Origin: Candidatus Aminicenantes bacterium
GTDB lineage: Bacteria > Acidobacteriota > Aminicenantia > UBA2199
NCBI GenBank assembly: GCA_030610885.1
Contig: JAUWQW010000001.1
Location: 5,317-69,316 of the forward strand
Direction: 5' to 3'
Length of the DNA: 64,000 nucleotides
Below the pieces are notes generated by a model. It was given only the letters and a program-made list of their open reading frames with translations, was not told the origin of the DNA and did no database searches. Shown in pieces: positions 8,574 to 17,779 of the stretch (positions are counted from its first letter, which is position 1; each line of letters opens with the position of its first letter). The position numbers and the translations under genes were made by a program.

Positions 8574-10502
8574 ATGAGGAAAATCGTTTCTGTCTTTATA
8601 TTTATTTTTTTATTTATTAATTCTTCTGTTTTGTTTTCAAAATCATTTTCACATTCAAATTATCTACCAAAAATAATAAAATCTTCTAATAAGTTAGTTA
8701 TAGAAATAGATATTTTAAGCAACAATGGGGATTTTTTTATATATTATAAAACTGAAGGGTTAAAAAATTATCAGATTAGAAAAATGAAGAATGATAAAAA
8801 TGGAAAGGTTTATTATCAATTATCCTTAAAATACCTTTATGGTAAAGGTATTGAATATTTTATTGTTAATAATGGGAATAAAGATTCAAATTCTATTTCA
8901 CCTGTTTTTACTTTCCATAATTTCACAACAAAAGAATCCCCTGAGGTTTACTTTACAAGTGAAGACTCGCAATCTACAACTTCTTCAAAGAAAAGAGAAC
9001 CTCTTTTGAAATTTCAAGGCTCATTGTCAACCGCTTCCCGTTTACATGATACTTCAGATTACCCGGGAGAGAAATTCTCTGCCAATGCCAATATGAGAGT
9101 TTATAAAAATATTAATTCAGAAAAATATCAATTTGATTTTGATTCTAACTTTACTTATATGAACCATGTTTCAGATAAAGAGAAAAAAATAAATCTTACA
9201 AGCATGATGATCAGATATAAAAGGGGAAGCCATAAAATTGAGGCTGGTGATGTTAATGTGTCATCAAACAATCAATTGGCAATGGCTGGAATTAATAAAA
9301 GAGGCTTAAATTACGAATTTAAAAGTAAGAATTTTTATTTAAATTCATTTTATACAAATTCTCAGCAGAAAACAGGGTTCGATGGCTTTGGAATCCCTTC
9401 TTCTAATGCAAGTCTTTTTGGAACAACAATTGGATTTGATATTGGTAAGACTTACAATGAAATCATTAAAATAAGGGGATTATTTTTAACAGGAAAAGAT
9501 GATCTTGATAGTAAAACAGTGGTCTCTTCGGAAGAACCCTTTAGAACAGGAAATATGTATTCTTTTTGGGGTGAGTTAAGTCCTTTTAAGAGTTATTTGA
9601 AAATATTTGGAGAGTATGCTCACTGTAATTTTGGTAAAGGACTTGATAAAGAGAGTTTAAATAAAGAGAAAGATAATGCATGGAGAGCTGGGGGTAATTT
9701 TAATTATAAAGTATTGTCTGCCAGTGTAAATTATAATAAAATCGGCAGTAAGTTTAATTCTATTGCAAATCTATTTATGCAAAATGATAGAGAGGGTTTA
9801 AGCAGTAATGTTATGTTAAATATAAAAACATTTTCCTGCAGTCTAAATTATGTAGATCAAAAAAGTTATATGGAAAGCCCGGTCCAGCCTGAGCTACATT
9901 CAAAAAATTTGATGGCAAATTTCAACTGGTTAATTGCAAATCACATAAAAATAGGAGCAGAATATGGAAAAGATAATCTAGATTATGATGAATCTACAGG
10001 ATTACAGACTGGTGGAAGTGATATGGACACATTAAAGTATGGAGCAACTCTTGGATATATTGCAGGTTCTAATGGAATAAATGTAAGGATCGGTAAAACC
10101 GAGTCTAAAACCTTTACTTCCAATATTGATGCATCTGTTTCTATTAACCTGAGGCTTGGAAAATTTCTGAGTTTTAACCCCACATTCTCATATCAAAATA
10201 CAAAAAATTTAGCTGACAACAGTACTTCTAAAATTTATAATATCTATTTAAATTCGGAACTCAGCTTTATTCCTCAATTATTCACATTATCAATTTCAGG
10301 TTCTTATAATAAAAATAAAAGCACTTCTAATGAATCAGAATCTCTTACTGCAAATGGAAATTTTAATTTTTATATGGCAAAAATATTTAAGAATAAGATC
10401 CAGCCTATACTGTCTATTAGAGCAAAGTATCAGGAAACAAAATATGGAGGTACTAAGACAGACAGTGTGGCTTTATATCTACATTTTGATCTTTCATTTT
10501 AG
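8574..10502 (+). CDS. outer-membrane beta-barrel protein (predicted)
   Basis: Signal peptide MRKIVSVFIFIFLFINSSVLFS, with a Shine-Dalgarno sequence AAGGGGGAA 4 nt upstream of ATG 8574. The protein is long, with alternating amphipathic stretches, and ends in ...LHFDLSF with a C-terminal Phe, which is typical of beta-barrel outer-membrane proteins. It lies 8 nt upstream of the second PKD gene. The track ORF starts at 8556. Confidence 0.5.
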   Translation: MRKIVSVFIFIFLFINSSVLFSKSFSHSNYLPKIIKSSNKLVIEIDILSNNGDFFIYYKTEGLKNYQIRKMKNDKNGKVYYQLSLKYLYGKGIEYFIVNNGNKDSNSISPVFTFHNFTTKESPEVYFTSEDSQSTTSSKKREPLLKFQGSLSTASRLHDTSDYPGEKFSANANMRVYKNINSEKYQFDFDSNFTYMNHVSDKEKKINLTSMMIRYKRGSHKIEAGDVNVSSNNQLAMAGINKRGLNYEFKSKNFYLNSFYTNSQQKTGFDGFGIPSSNASLFGTTIGFDIGKTYNEIIKIRGLFLTGKDDLDSKTVVSSEEPFRTGNMYSFWGELSPFKSYLKIFGEYAHCNFGKGLDKESLNKEKDNAWRAGGNFNYKVLSASVNYNKIGSKFNSIANLFMQNDREGLSSNVMLNIKTFSCSLNYVDQKSYMESPVQPELHSKNLMANFNWLIANHIKIGAEYGKDNLDYDESTGLQTGGSDMDTLKYGATLGYIAGSNGINVRIGKTESKTFTSNIDASVSINLRLGKFLSFNPTFSYQNTKNLADNSTSKIYNIYLNSELSFIPQLFTLSISGSYNKNKSTSNESESLTANGNFNFYMAKIFKNKIQPILSIRAKYQETKYGGTKTDSVALYLHFDLSF

Positions 10503-10510
10503 GAGGAACT

Positions 10511-12523
10511 ATGAAAAAGATATTAATTGTATTATGCTTTTCTTTTCTATTTTTAAATTTGTACTCAATAGAAGTAACCCCAACAGCGCCTTATTATGTT
10601 GGGAATATATTAACTTTTAGCCCAACCAATCCAGGTTCATGGAAGGGTAGACCTGTAAGGTGGATTTTTGGAGATGGAAATTCAATGCAGGTAACAGGAA
10701 GTCAAAGTGTAACTCATTATTATAAAAATCCAGGAACATATACTGTAATGTTGGTAGATTTGACTGCTACCACGACTCCAAATCCAACACAAACACGTGT
10801 TATTACAATAGATGAGGATCGAAATATTCAGATCTCAACTTCCCAACCTTATGTTGGTCAACAGATTACTTTTACAGCTATTAATTTTAATACTCCTTCA
10901 GATATTTTTTGGGAAATGGGAGATGGTACTACTTATTCCAATCAAAGCAGTATAATTAATCACACATTTTCAAATGCAGGTACATATATTGTAAAAGCAT
11001 ATGACTGGAATGGAGACACAACAACAACACCTGTAACAATTACTGTAAATGTTACTCAACCTGCTCGTAGTATTCGTATTTATTATACTTCGCAAAGCCC
11101 AAGAGTTGATCAACCAATATGTTTTGAGGCACAAAATTTCATTACATCGAGCATAGACTGGAATTTTGGTGACGGGCATGTTGTATATGGAGGAAGCGTA
11201 AAACAGACACACAGATATCAAAATCCAGGTACTTTTACAGTCACTGCAAAGGAAAATTTAGCAACAGGTCAAGGGCTTATAACTACAAGCATTACAATTT
11301 TGCCAGAAAACAGATATATTACAGTTTCTTCGCCTGAAGTGCGTATAAATGAAGAGGTTGCAATAACTGTATATAATTTTAGAGGAGATTATATATGGTG
11401 GGATTTTGGAGATGGAACACAAAAATCAGGATTACATACAGAAAGATATACTTATAGAAGATCTGGAAATTTTACTATAACAGCTCAGGATGAAAACGGA
11501 GAGAGCCAGAAGAAATTTCAGGTAAATATTATTGTAAGAGGTATTGATGATATTGTTAATATTGGAATAGCAGAGATTAAACTGGATAATGGTAAGTATT
11601 ACAAAGTTATTCCAAAAAATTCTAAAAATATTCGTGCTGTTTTGAGGATGAAAATGAGGGGTACTGGTATTGTATCTGGATATTGGATTGTAGATGGTAA
11701 TCCATATGAGTTTTTTAATGAGGTTGCTCTACAGGGAGAGTTAAAAGAGATTTATACTAAAGATGTCCCGGGACTTCCTGTTTTAGAATCAGGGATACAT
11801 ACAATAACTGTAAAATTAACAAAACCAGTTGAAGTTCCAATAACATTCCCTGTATTAAAATATTTTGTGCTCCCTTATGAAAACAAAGTTGAAATTTTAT
11901 CTCCTGATGATGGATATGTGACAAAAGAAAAAGATATTCCAGAATTTTCATGGAAAGAGCCTAAAGGTGGTTCAAAGTATAAGATTGCCTTTTCAGACTA
12001 TTTGTATCCTATATTATATAACACTAATAGACTGAAATGGATCGATGTTAATGTAAAATTGAATTATAAACCGGAACCTGATGTTTGGAAGGACATTAAA
12101 CGAAACAGATGGACATATTGGAAAGTTAAGGCACTTGATAGTAACGAGAATATAATAGCTGAAAGTGACATTCAGGATATAAAGATTGTAATAGCTTCAG
12201 CAGAGATAAGTATTAGTAAGATTACAGATCTTGATGGAAATGAGATACAAATTAATAAGAATATAAATTCTGACAAAGAGGACATTTTAGTATACGGAAG
12301 TGTTAAATACAAGGGTGATTCAAAATATCTTATACTAAGGGTTTATGCAGATAATGAACTTGTAGATCAGCTTCTTTTTAGAGATGTAAAAAAGAATGAA
12401 GAGAGATTATTTGAAACCTCAATTCCAAATAAAAAGAAAGATACTAAAGTGATATTTCAAGTTCTTAACACATCTTCTCCATCAGTTATTATAGGTATAA
12501 AAAATCTGTTTCTAAAAAAATAG
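10511..12523 (+). CDS. secreted multi-PKD-domain protein (4 PKD repeats), paralog of the gene at 6145
   Basis: Signal peptide MKKILIVLCFSFLFLNLYS. A Shine-Dalgarno sequence AGGAGG lies upstream. PKD signatures are WIFGDGNS, WEMGDGTT, WNFGDGHV and WDFGDGTQ. The C-terminal module (DNGKYYKVIPK..GIVSGYWIVDG..LPVLESGIHT..WTYWKVKALDSNEN) matches the 6145 protein. Confidence 0.75.
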   Translation: MKKILIVLCFSFLFLNLYSIEVTPTAPYYVGNILTFSPTNPGSWKGRPVRWIFGDGNSMQVTGSQSVTHYYKNPGTYTVMLVDLTATTTPNPTQTRVITIDEDRNIQISTSQPYVGQQITFTAINFNTPSDIFWEMGDGTTYSNQSSIINHTFSNAGTYIVKAYDWNGDTTTTPVTITVNVTQPARSIRIYYTSQSPRVDQPICFEAQNFITSSIDWNFGDGHVVYGGSVKQTHRYQNPGTFTVTAKENLATGQGLITTSITILPENRYITVSSPEVRINEEVAITVYNFRGDYIWWDFGDGTQKSGLHTERYTYRRSGNFTITAQDENGESQKKFQVNIIVRGIDDIVNIGIAEIKLDNGKYYKVIPKNSKNIRAVLRMKMRGTGIVSGYWIVDGNPYEFFNEVALQGELKEIYTKDVPGLPVLESGIHTITVKLTKPVEVPITFPVLKYFVLPYENKVEILSPDDGYVTKEKDIPEFSWKEPKGGSKYKIAFSDYLYPILYNTNRLKWIDVNVKLNYKPEPDVWKDIKRNRWTYWKVKALDSNENIIAESDIQDIKIVIASAEISISKITDLDGNEIQINKNINSDKEDILVYGSVKYKGDSKYLILRVYADNELVDQLLFRDVKKNEERLFETSIPNKKKDTKVIFQVLNTSSPSVIIGIKNLFLKK

Positions 12524-12541
12524 TTCTGATATAAATTGGTT

Positions 12542-13600
12542 TTATAAAAAAAATGTTAAAATCTCATTGAGGACAAGGATTTTATCGGGGTTTACAGCAA
12601 CTTTACTTTTTTTCTTAACAAGAAGGTTATTGGAAATTAAAAAATTTAGAGCATTTTTGTAATTTTCAAAATTTTTTATTGAAATCCCATCAATCATTCT
12701 TAAACCTGTTATTATTCTTCTTTTATCATGTTCTATGGTTTGTGATTCTTTATAAGGAATTTTTTTATTTTCTATTTTATTAAAATAATTGTTAAAATTA
12801 CTAAAATTTTTATAATCAATCCTATTCTCATAACTTGAGGCAGAGAGCCCTATTCCTATATAATTTTTATCCTTCCAATACTTCAAATTATGTTTTGATT
12901 GGAATCCCTTTTTGCTAAAGTTTGATACTTCGTAATGAGTATAACCAATAGATTCCAGGTAATCTTTTGTAAAGAAATATAGCTCATTATCTCTATCTTC
13001 GCTATATTTCTTTTTTTTTACTTCTTCAAGAATGTATGCTGATACATGAGGGATCTCAAAATCCTTAAGCTTTAAGAAGTTATGTTCCAGAGTTTTTTGT
13101 GTTTGTATAGGTAACCCGATTATAAAATCAAGATTGATGTTTGAAAAACCTGCATTTAAGGCATTTTCAACTGCTTGTATTGATTGTTTTACATTATGAT
13201 TTCTTTTTAAGCATACCAGATCCTTTTTAACAAAAGATTGAATTCCAATACTTAACCTATTAACCCCAATTTTTTTTATATAATTTAATTTTTTATAAGT
13301 TACATCTTCAGGATTGGCTTCTATTGTTATTTCAGCATTATTTTCAATATTGAAATATTTGTAAATGGCACTCATGATCATTGAGAGTTGTTCTTCATTC
13401 AATAGAGATGGTGAACCGCCTCCAAAATAAATTGTCTCTATTTTGTAATTCAGATTGGATCTAAGATGAATCTCTTTTACAAGATAGTTTAAATATTTAT
13501 CAACAAGCTCCTTTTCATAATTAAATTTAGTAAAATGACAATAGAAGCACTTTCTTTTACAAAATGGGAAATGTATATAGATACTTGTAAATTTTCTCAA
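12542..13600 (-). CDS. hemW: radical SAM heme chaperone HemW (HemN-like, oxygen-independent coproporphyrinogen oxidase family)
   Basis: N-terminal YIHFPFCKRKCFYCHF (CxxxCxxC radical SAM cluster motif preceded by the HemW-type YIHxPFC) and GGGSPS. The size, 352 aa, is typical of HemW/YggW. Confidence 0.75.
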   Translation of the reverse strand: MRKFTSIYIHFPFCKRKCFYCHFTKFNYEKELVDKYLNYLVKEIHLRSNLNYKIETIYFGGGSPSLLNEEQLSMIMSAIYKYFNIENNAEITIEANPEDVTYKKLNYIKKIGVNRLSIGIQSFVKKDLVCLKRNHNVKQSIQAVENALNAGFSNINLDFIIGLPIQTQKTLEHNFLKLKDFEIPHVSAYILEEVKKKKYSEDRDNELYFFTKDYLESIGYTHYEVSNFSKKGFQSKHNLKYWKDKNYIGIGLSASSYENRIDYKNFSNFNNYFNKIENKKIPYKESQTIEHDKRRIITGLRMIDGISIKNFENYKNALNFLISNNLLVKKKSKVAVNPDKILVLNEILTFFL

Positions 13601-13613
13601 TTTTGAATCTTTA

Positions 13614-15005
13614 TTATTTTACGCTTTTCCATCTAACACCATCAGAAGTGTCGATTAGTATAATTCCCTTTTCTTTTAATTCTTCTCGAATTGAATCTGC
13701 GAGTTTATAATCTTTAGTTTTACGTGCATTTTCTCTTATTTTTATCTTATTCTCTATTTCATCTTCAAGAGGAATGGATTTCTCTTCTTTTATAATTCCT
13801 ATTACAGAATTTATTCTTTTTATATAAGCAAGAACATTTTCTATATCTTTTGCTTTTAGTTCTTTTAGTTTTAAATTTATTTGATGTAAGAAATCAAAAA
13901 AAACTCCAAGAGCACCAGAGATATTTAAGTCATTGTTCATGTTTTCTCTAAACCTTGTTTCATTTTGTTTTATAATATTTGAAATATCTTCAGATTCTCC
14001 TTTTATGCTTTTTAATCCCTTTAGAGAGAAGGTAAAGTCATTTATTCTATTTAGAGAATGAATAGCTCTTTCAAGACCCTCAAATGTGAAATTAAGAGTT
14101 TTTCTGTAGTGAGTAGATAGCAGTAAATACCTTATTGCCATGGGCTTATAACCTTTTTGAATCAAATCTTCCAAAGTATAATAATTCCCAAGGGATTTTG
14201 ACATCTTTTGATTATTAACTATTAAATGCTGGCAATGTATCCAAAAGTTCACAAATTTTTCTCCTGTTGCACATTCAGCTTGTGCAATCTCATTCTCGTG
14301 ATGAGGGAATATATTGTCAACTCCTCCCATGTGAATATCAAAATGATTCCCAAGATATTTCATGCTCATTGCAGAACATTCTATATGCCAGCCAGGTCTT
14401 CCCTCTCCATATTTTGTCTTCCAATAAGGTTCATCCTCTTTTTTTCCTTTCCATAAAACAAAATCCTGAACATTTTCTTTATCATATTCGTCTGAATCAA
14501 CACTCACACCTGTTTTTAGGTTTTCTTTTAAGATATTTGCAAGTTTGCCATAACCTTTAAATTTTTCAATATTAAAGTAAACTGAATTTTCTTTTTTATA
14601 TGCATATCCATTATTTTCCAATTTTTCAATAAGCTCAACCATTTCCTTTATATGCTCTGTTGCTTTCGGATAAATATCTGCTTTTAAAATGTTTAAAGTT
14701 TTTATATCTTTAAAGAATGCCTTTAAATATTTTTCTGTGATTTCATTAATATCAACACCCAGCTCATTGGATTTTTTTATTGTTTTGTCGTCAATATCTG
14801 TTATGTTCATTATATGTTTCACATTATATCCAAAATAGATCAGGTATCTTTTAAAAAGGTCTTCAAAAACATATGATCTGAAATTTCCTATATGTGCAAA
14901 ATCATATACAGTCGGACCGCATGTATATAAACCAATCTTTCCCTTTTTTATTTCTTTAAAATCCTCTATTTTATTGTTTAAAGTATTGTAAAGTCTTAAA
15001 TTCAT
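13614..15005 (-). CDS. cysS: cysteine--tRNA ligase
   Basis: Class I aaRS HIGH motif (YTCGPTVYDFAHIGN), KMSKS motif (KMSKSLGN), and zinc-binding Cys/His (GWHIECSAM). 463 aa. Confidence 0.9.
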   Translation of the reverse strand: MNLRLYNTLNNKIEDFKEIKKGKIGLYTCGPTVYDFAHIGNFRSYVFEDLFKRYLIYFGYNVKHIMNITDIDDKTIKKSNELGVDINEITEKYLKAFFKDIKTLNILKADIYPKATEHIKEMVELIEKLENNGYAYKKENSVYFNIEKFKGYGKLANILKENLKTGVSVDSDEYDKENVQDFVLWKGKKEDEPYWKTKYGEGRPGWHIECSAMSMKYLGNHFDIHMGGVDNIFPHHENEIAQAECATGEKFVNFWIHCQHLIVNNQKMSKSLGNYYTLEDLIQKGYKPMAIRYLLLSTHYRKTLNFTFEGLERAIHSLNRINDFTFSLKGLKSIKGESEDISNIIKQNETRFRENMNNDLNISGALGVFFDFLHQINLKLKELKAKDIENVLAYIKRINSVIGIIKEEKSIPLEDEIENKIKIRENARKTKDYKLADSIREELKEKGIILIDTSDGVRWKSVK

Positions 15006-15754
15006 TTTATCTCCCTCTCTTCCCCATCTGTTCTGTTTTCAATATACCATCTGACTTGCTTACATGCTCTATCTATTACTGCTAAATCAGCATTTGTCCA
15101 GTTCGTTCTCCCCATTGCGCGTTTTAAAGAGCGATGAAAGAGTCCGTTGTTATCTTCTCTTATTTCTAAAGATTTCATCAAGCTCCAAATATTGTTTGTT
15201 ACTCTTTCGAATTTTTGCTTTGTAGCCATTTTTGGGAAATCAGCTATTTTTTTATTCTCAGTGGAGAGCTTATAAATTTCATAAAGTATAACAATTACAG
15301 CTTGAGAGAGGTTTAGAGAAGGATAGATGACAGCAGAAGGTATATAAATTAAATAATTTGCAAGTTGACTCTCATCTATTGTAACTCCTGAATCTTCCCT
15401 TCCAAATACAATAGCAATCTTTTCTTTTAAGGTTCTTGGCAAAATTAGCTCAGCTGCTTTTTCAGGTGTTATGAAATTTTTTTTCCATTTACCTTTTTTT
15501 TGTGTTGCGAGAAATACAAGAGAAATATCTGCCAGAGCATTTGAAAGCGAATCAAATTCTTGGCTTTCTTTGATAATTTCCTGAGATCTGTAGCCCATTT
15601 TTTTCTGCTCTATAACCTCTCTATAATCAACGGCTCTAACTAATCGAAGGTTTGAAATCCCCATATTTTTCATTGCTCGCACAGAAGCCCCAATATTTCC
15701 TGGATTTTTAGGCTCAATTAGCACTACATAAACATTATTTAGTTTTTTTTCCAT
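15002..15754 (-). CDS. SpoU/TrmH-family RNA 2'-O-methyltransferase (TrmJ-like)
   Basis: VVLIEPKNPGNIGASVRAMKNMGISNLRLV plus SPOUT-class motifs (IVFGREDSGV, LNLSQAVIVILYE). A C-terminal extension is typical of TrmJ. Its stop overlaps the cysS start (ATGA). Confidence 0.7.
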   Translation of the reverse strand: MEKKLNNVYVVLIEPKNPGNIGASVRAMKNMGISNLRLVRAVDYREVIEQKKMGYRSQEIIKESQEFDSLSNALADISLVFLATQKKGKWKKNFITPEKAAELILPRTLKEKIAIVFGREDSGVTIDESQLANYLIYIPSAVIYPSLNLSQAVIVILYEIYKLSTENKKIADFPKMATKQKFERVTNNIWSLMKSLEIREDNNGLFHRSLKRAMGRTNWTNADLAVIDRACKQVRWYIENRTDGEEREIK

Positions 15755-15894
15755 TATTTTACCTTTAAGCTCAATTTAGATTGAAAATTATATTATAAAA
15801 AGCTTTGTTGAGCAAGAAACCTTAAGCATTTAAATAAATACAACAGAAAATTATAAGAATTCAATTCAAAAAAATTATTATGAATATTTTCTGT

Positions 15895-16374
15895 TTACTT
15901 GATTATTGGAATGTCAATTATTTTTAATTTTACATTAAGAGTTGCTTTAATTTTGCCTTTTGAGTTTCTAAAAACTAAAATGAATGGATTGTTTTTGTTT
16001 AAACAAGGTTCTATAAAACTAATATTCTTATGATAAGGTATAGAATTGAATTTAATACTATAAGGTTGATTGGAAGATGGCATGTATGTTGGAGTAAATG
16101 TTCCTAAATTGGCAATTATCTTCCCCATCTGATGTAATTCAATAATAACCTTTTCATTAATTCCTGAACCTTCTAACACTTTTTTGATTTCAATCATTTC
16201 AAATTCTGCAAAACAGGGTTGGTTCATTATTTTTATGTTTTTTAGAGTTTTTACTGCATTTAATTTTTCCCATGAAGATTTAATTTGGAGCCTTTCAGGT
16301 TCTCTTAAAATATTAGAGAATAGGGTTAGTACAAAAAAAATAAATAAAAAAATTATAGCAATCTTTTTTCTCAT
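15895..16374 (-). CDS. hypothetical exported protein
   Basis: 159 aa with an N-terminal signal/TM segment (MRKKIAIIFLFIFFVLTLFS). I recognise no domain. Confidence 0.4.
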   Translation of the reverse strand: MRKKIAIIFLFIFFVLTLFSNILREPERLQIKSSWEKLNAVKTLKNIKIMNQPCFAEFEMIEIKKVLEGSGINEKVIIELHQMGKIIANLGTFTPTYMPSSNQPYSIKFNSIPYHKNISFIEPCLNKNNPFILVFRNSKGKIKATLNVKLKIIDIPIIK

Positions 16375-16482
16375 TCTTTATTCCTTTCTTTATATTAAAT
16401 ATAATTTATACTGAAAAAATCTCATTTTTTTTCAACTTCTTTGCAAAAAAAAAACAGATAATATTGAAGAAATTGACTTATA

Positions 16483-17778
16483 TTATTTTTTTTTCTCCAA
16501 AATTGATTTGATTTTCTTCCAGTAATTTATTCTTTCTTTAATTTTTTTCTCGAATCCCATTTTGTTTGGAATGAAAAAATCTCTTTCTTTAACTTCATTT
16601 GGAAGAGTCTCCATTGCTGTGGTTTTCTCTTTAAAATCATGCGCATACAAATAGTTTTTCCCAGCTCCCTTTTGGGAAGCAATAAAATTTGAGGGATTGA
16701 TTATATGGATTGGAACTGAAACATTTCTATACTTATCAATAATCTTTTTCATCCTTTTTTCTGTTATGTAAAGAGAATTACTTTTTGGAGCAGAAGCTAA
16801 ATAGATTGCTGCTTGTGAAAGGAAGAGGTCTCCCTCAGGAGAACCTAAATATTCATATGCATCTTTTGTGTTCAAACATAATTTTAAGGCTTCAGGGTCT
16901 GCAAATCCTATATCCTCTACTGAAATCCTTATCATTCTTCTTATTATAAAAAGGGGATCTTCTCCTCCTTCAATCATTTTGTACAACCAGAATAAAGTTG
17001 AATCAATATCGGAATTTCTTACACTTTTATGAAAAGCTGAGATGAGTTGATATCTATCATCTCCTGTTCTGTCATAAGCAGTTATCTTATTTTGTATTAT
17101 ATCCTGGATAAATTTTTTATCTATTTTTTTGTTAGCATCATACACATTAAAAATGATCTCAACTAAATTCAACAATCTTCTTGCATCTCCATTACTGTAA
17201 TTTATTATAATGTTTTTTATATCTTCACATAGATTTATTTTAACCCCTGTTTTTCTATCTATTAATTTGATTGCTTTGCTCAGGATGTTTTTTAAATCTT
17301 TTGTTTTTAATGGGAAAAATTCTAAAATTTTTATTCTTGAAAGTAGTGCTCTGTTTATTTTATAAGCCGGATTTTCAATTGTGGTTCCAATAAGTATAAT
17401 GTCTCCTCTCTCAACATAAGGTAAAAATGCATCTTGAGTATGTTTGTTAAAATGGTGTATTTCATCCACAAAAATAACCAGAGGCTTGCCCTGTATCTTT
17501 TTTACTTCAACGGATTTTTTCATTATCTTTCTGATTTCATTTATTCCTGAAACTGTTGCAGAAAATTCAATTGAGGGAAATTTCAATTCATTTACCAAAA
17601 TTCTGGACAGGGTGGTTTTGCCTGTTCCAGGGGGTCCCCAGAATATTATGGAATTTAGTCTTTTGTTTTCTATAAATGATGTTATGATTTTCTTTTTTTC
17701 AACTAAATGCTCTTGGCCTACAAACTCATTTAAATTTAAAGGTCTTAGTTTATCAGCTAATGGGAATATATCTTTCAT
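16483..17778 (-). CDS. rarA: replication-associated recombination protein A (AAA+ ATPase RarA/MgsA)
   Basis: Walker A GPPGTGKTTL, Walker B IIFVDEIHHFNK, sensor/arginine-finger regions, and the C-terminal MgsA domain (GDARRLLN, AYDRTGD..YQLISAFHKSVRNSD). The likely start is MKDIFPLADKLRP at 17776-17778, 1 nt downstream of the purL stop. The track ORF extends to 17901. Confidence 0.8.
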   Translation of the reverse strand: MKDIFPLADKLRPLNLNEFVGQEHLVEKKKIITSFIENKRLNSIIFWGPPGTGKTTLSRILVNELKFPSIEFSATVSGINEIRKIMKKSVEVKKIQGKPLVIFVDEIHHFNKHTQDAFLPYVERGDIILIGTTIENPAYKINRALLSRIKILEFFPLKTKDLKNILSKAIKLIDRKTGVKINLCEDIKNIIINYSNGDARRLLNLVEIIFNVYDANKKIDKKFIQDIIQNKITAYDRTGDDRYQLISAFHKSVRNSDIDSTLFWLYKMIEGGEDPLFIIRRMIRISVEDIGFADPEALKLCLNTKDAYEYLGSPEGDLFLSQAAIYLASAPKSNSLYITEKRMKKIIDKYRNVSVPIHIINPSNFIASQKGAGKNYLYAHDFKEKTTAMETLPNEVKERDFFIPNKMGFEKKIKERINYWKKIKSILEKKK

Positions 17779-17779
17779 T

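Noticed and set aside
6230-11420. Recurrent tgggattttggtgat(g/a)g(c/t)a-type DNA motifs at irregular intervals, considered as a possible CRISPR or repeat array
   Set aside because: They are the codons of the WDFGDG(S/T) PKD-domain signature inside two protein-coding genes. Spacing follows domain length, about 240-265 nt, but the intervening sequence is coding, and there is no leader or cas context.
6145-12523. Type IX secretion C-terminal domain on the PKD proteins
   Set aside because: The C-termini (...SEPSSFKIL and ...IGIKNLFLKK) and preceding approximately 80 aa do not show the type IX secretion C-terminal domain pattern I know. The shared C-terminal module looks FN3/Ig-like instead. I leave it as unknown.
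14226-14560. Two plus-strand ORFs (76 and 97 aa) within cysS
   Set aside because: Antisense to an unambiguous cysteinyl-tRNA synthetase with intact HIGH and KMSKS motifs.
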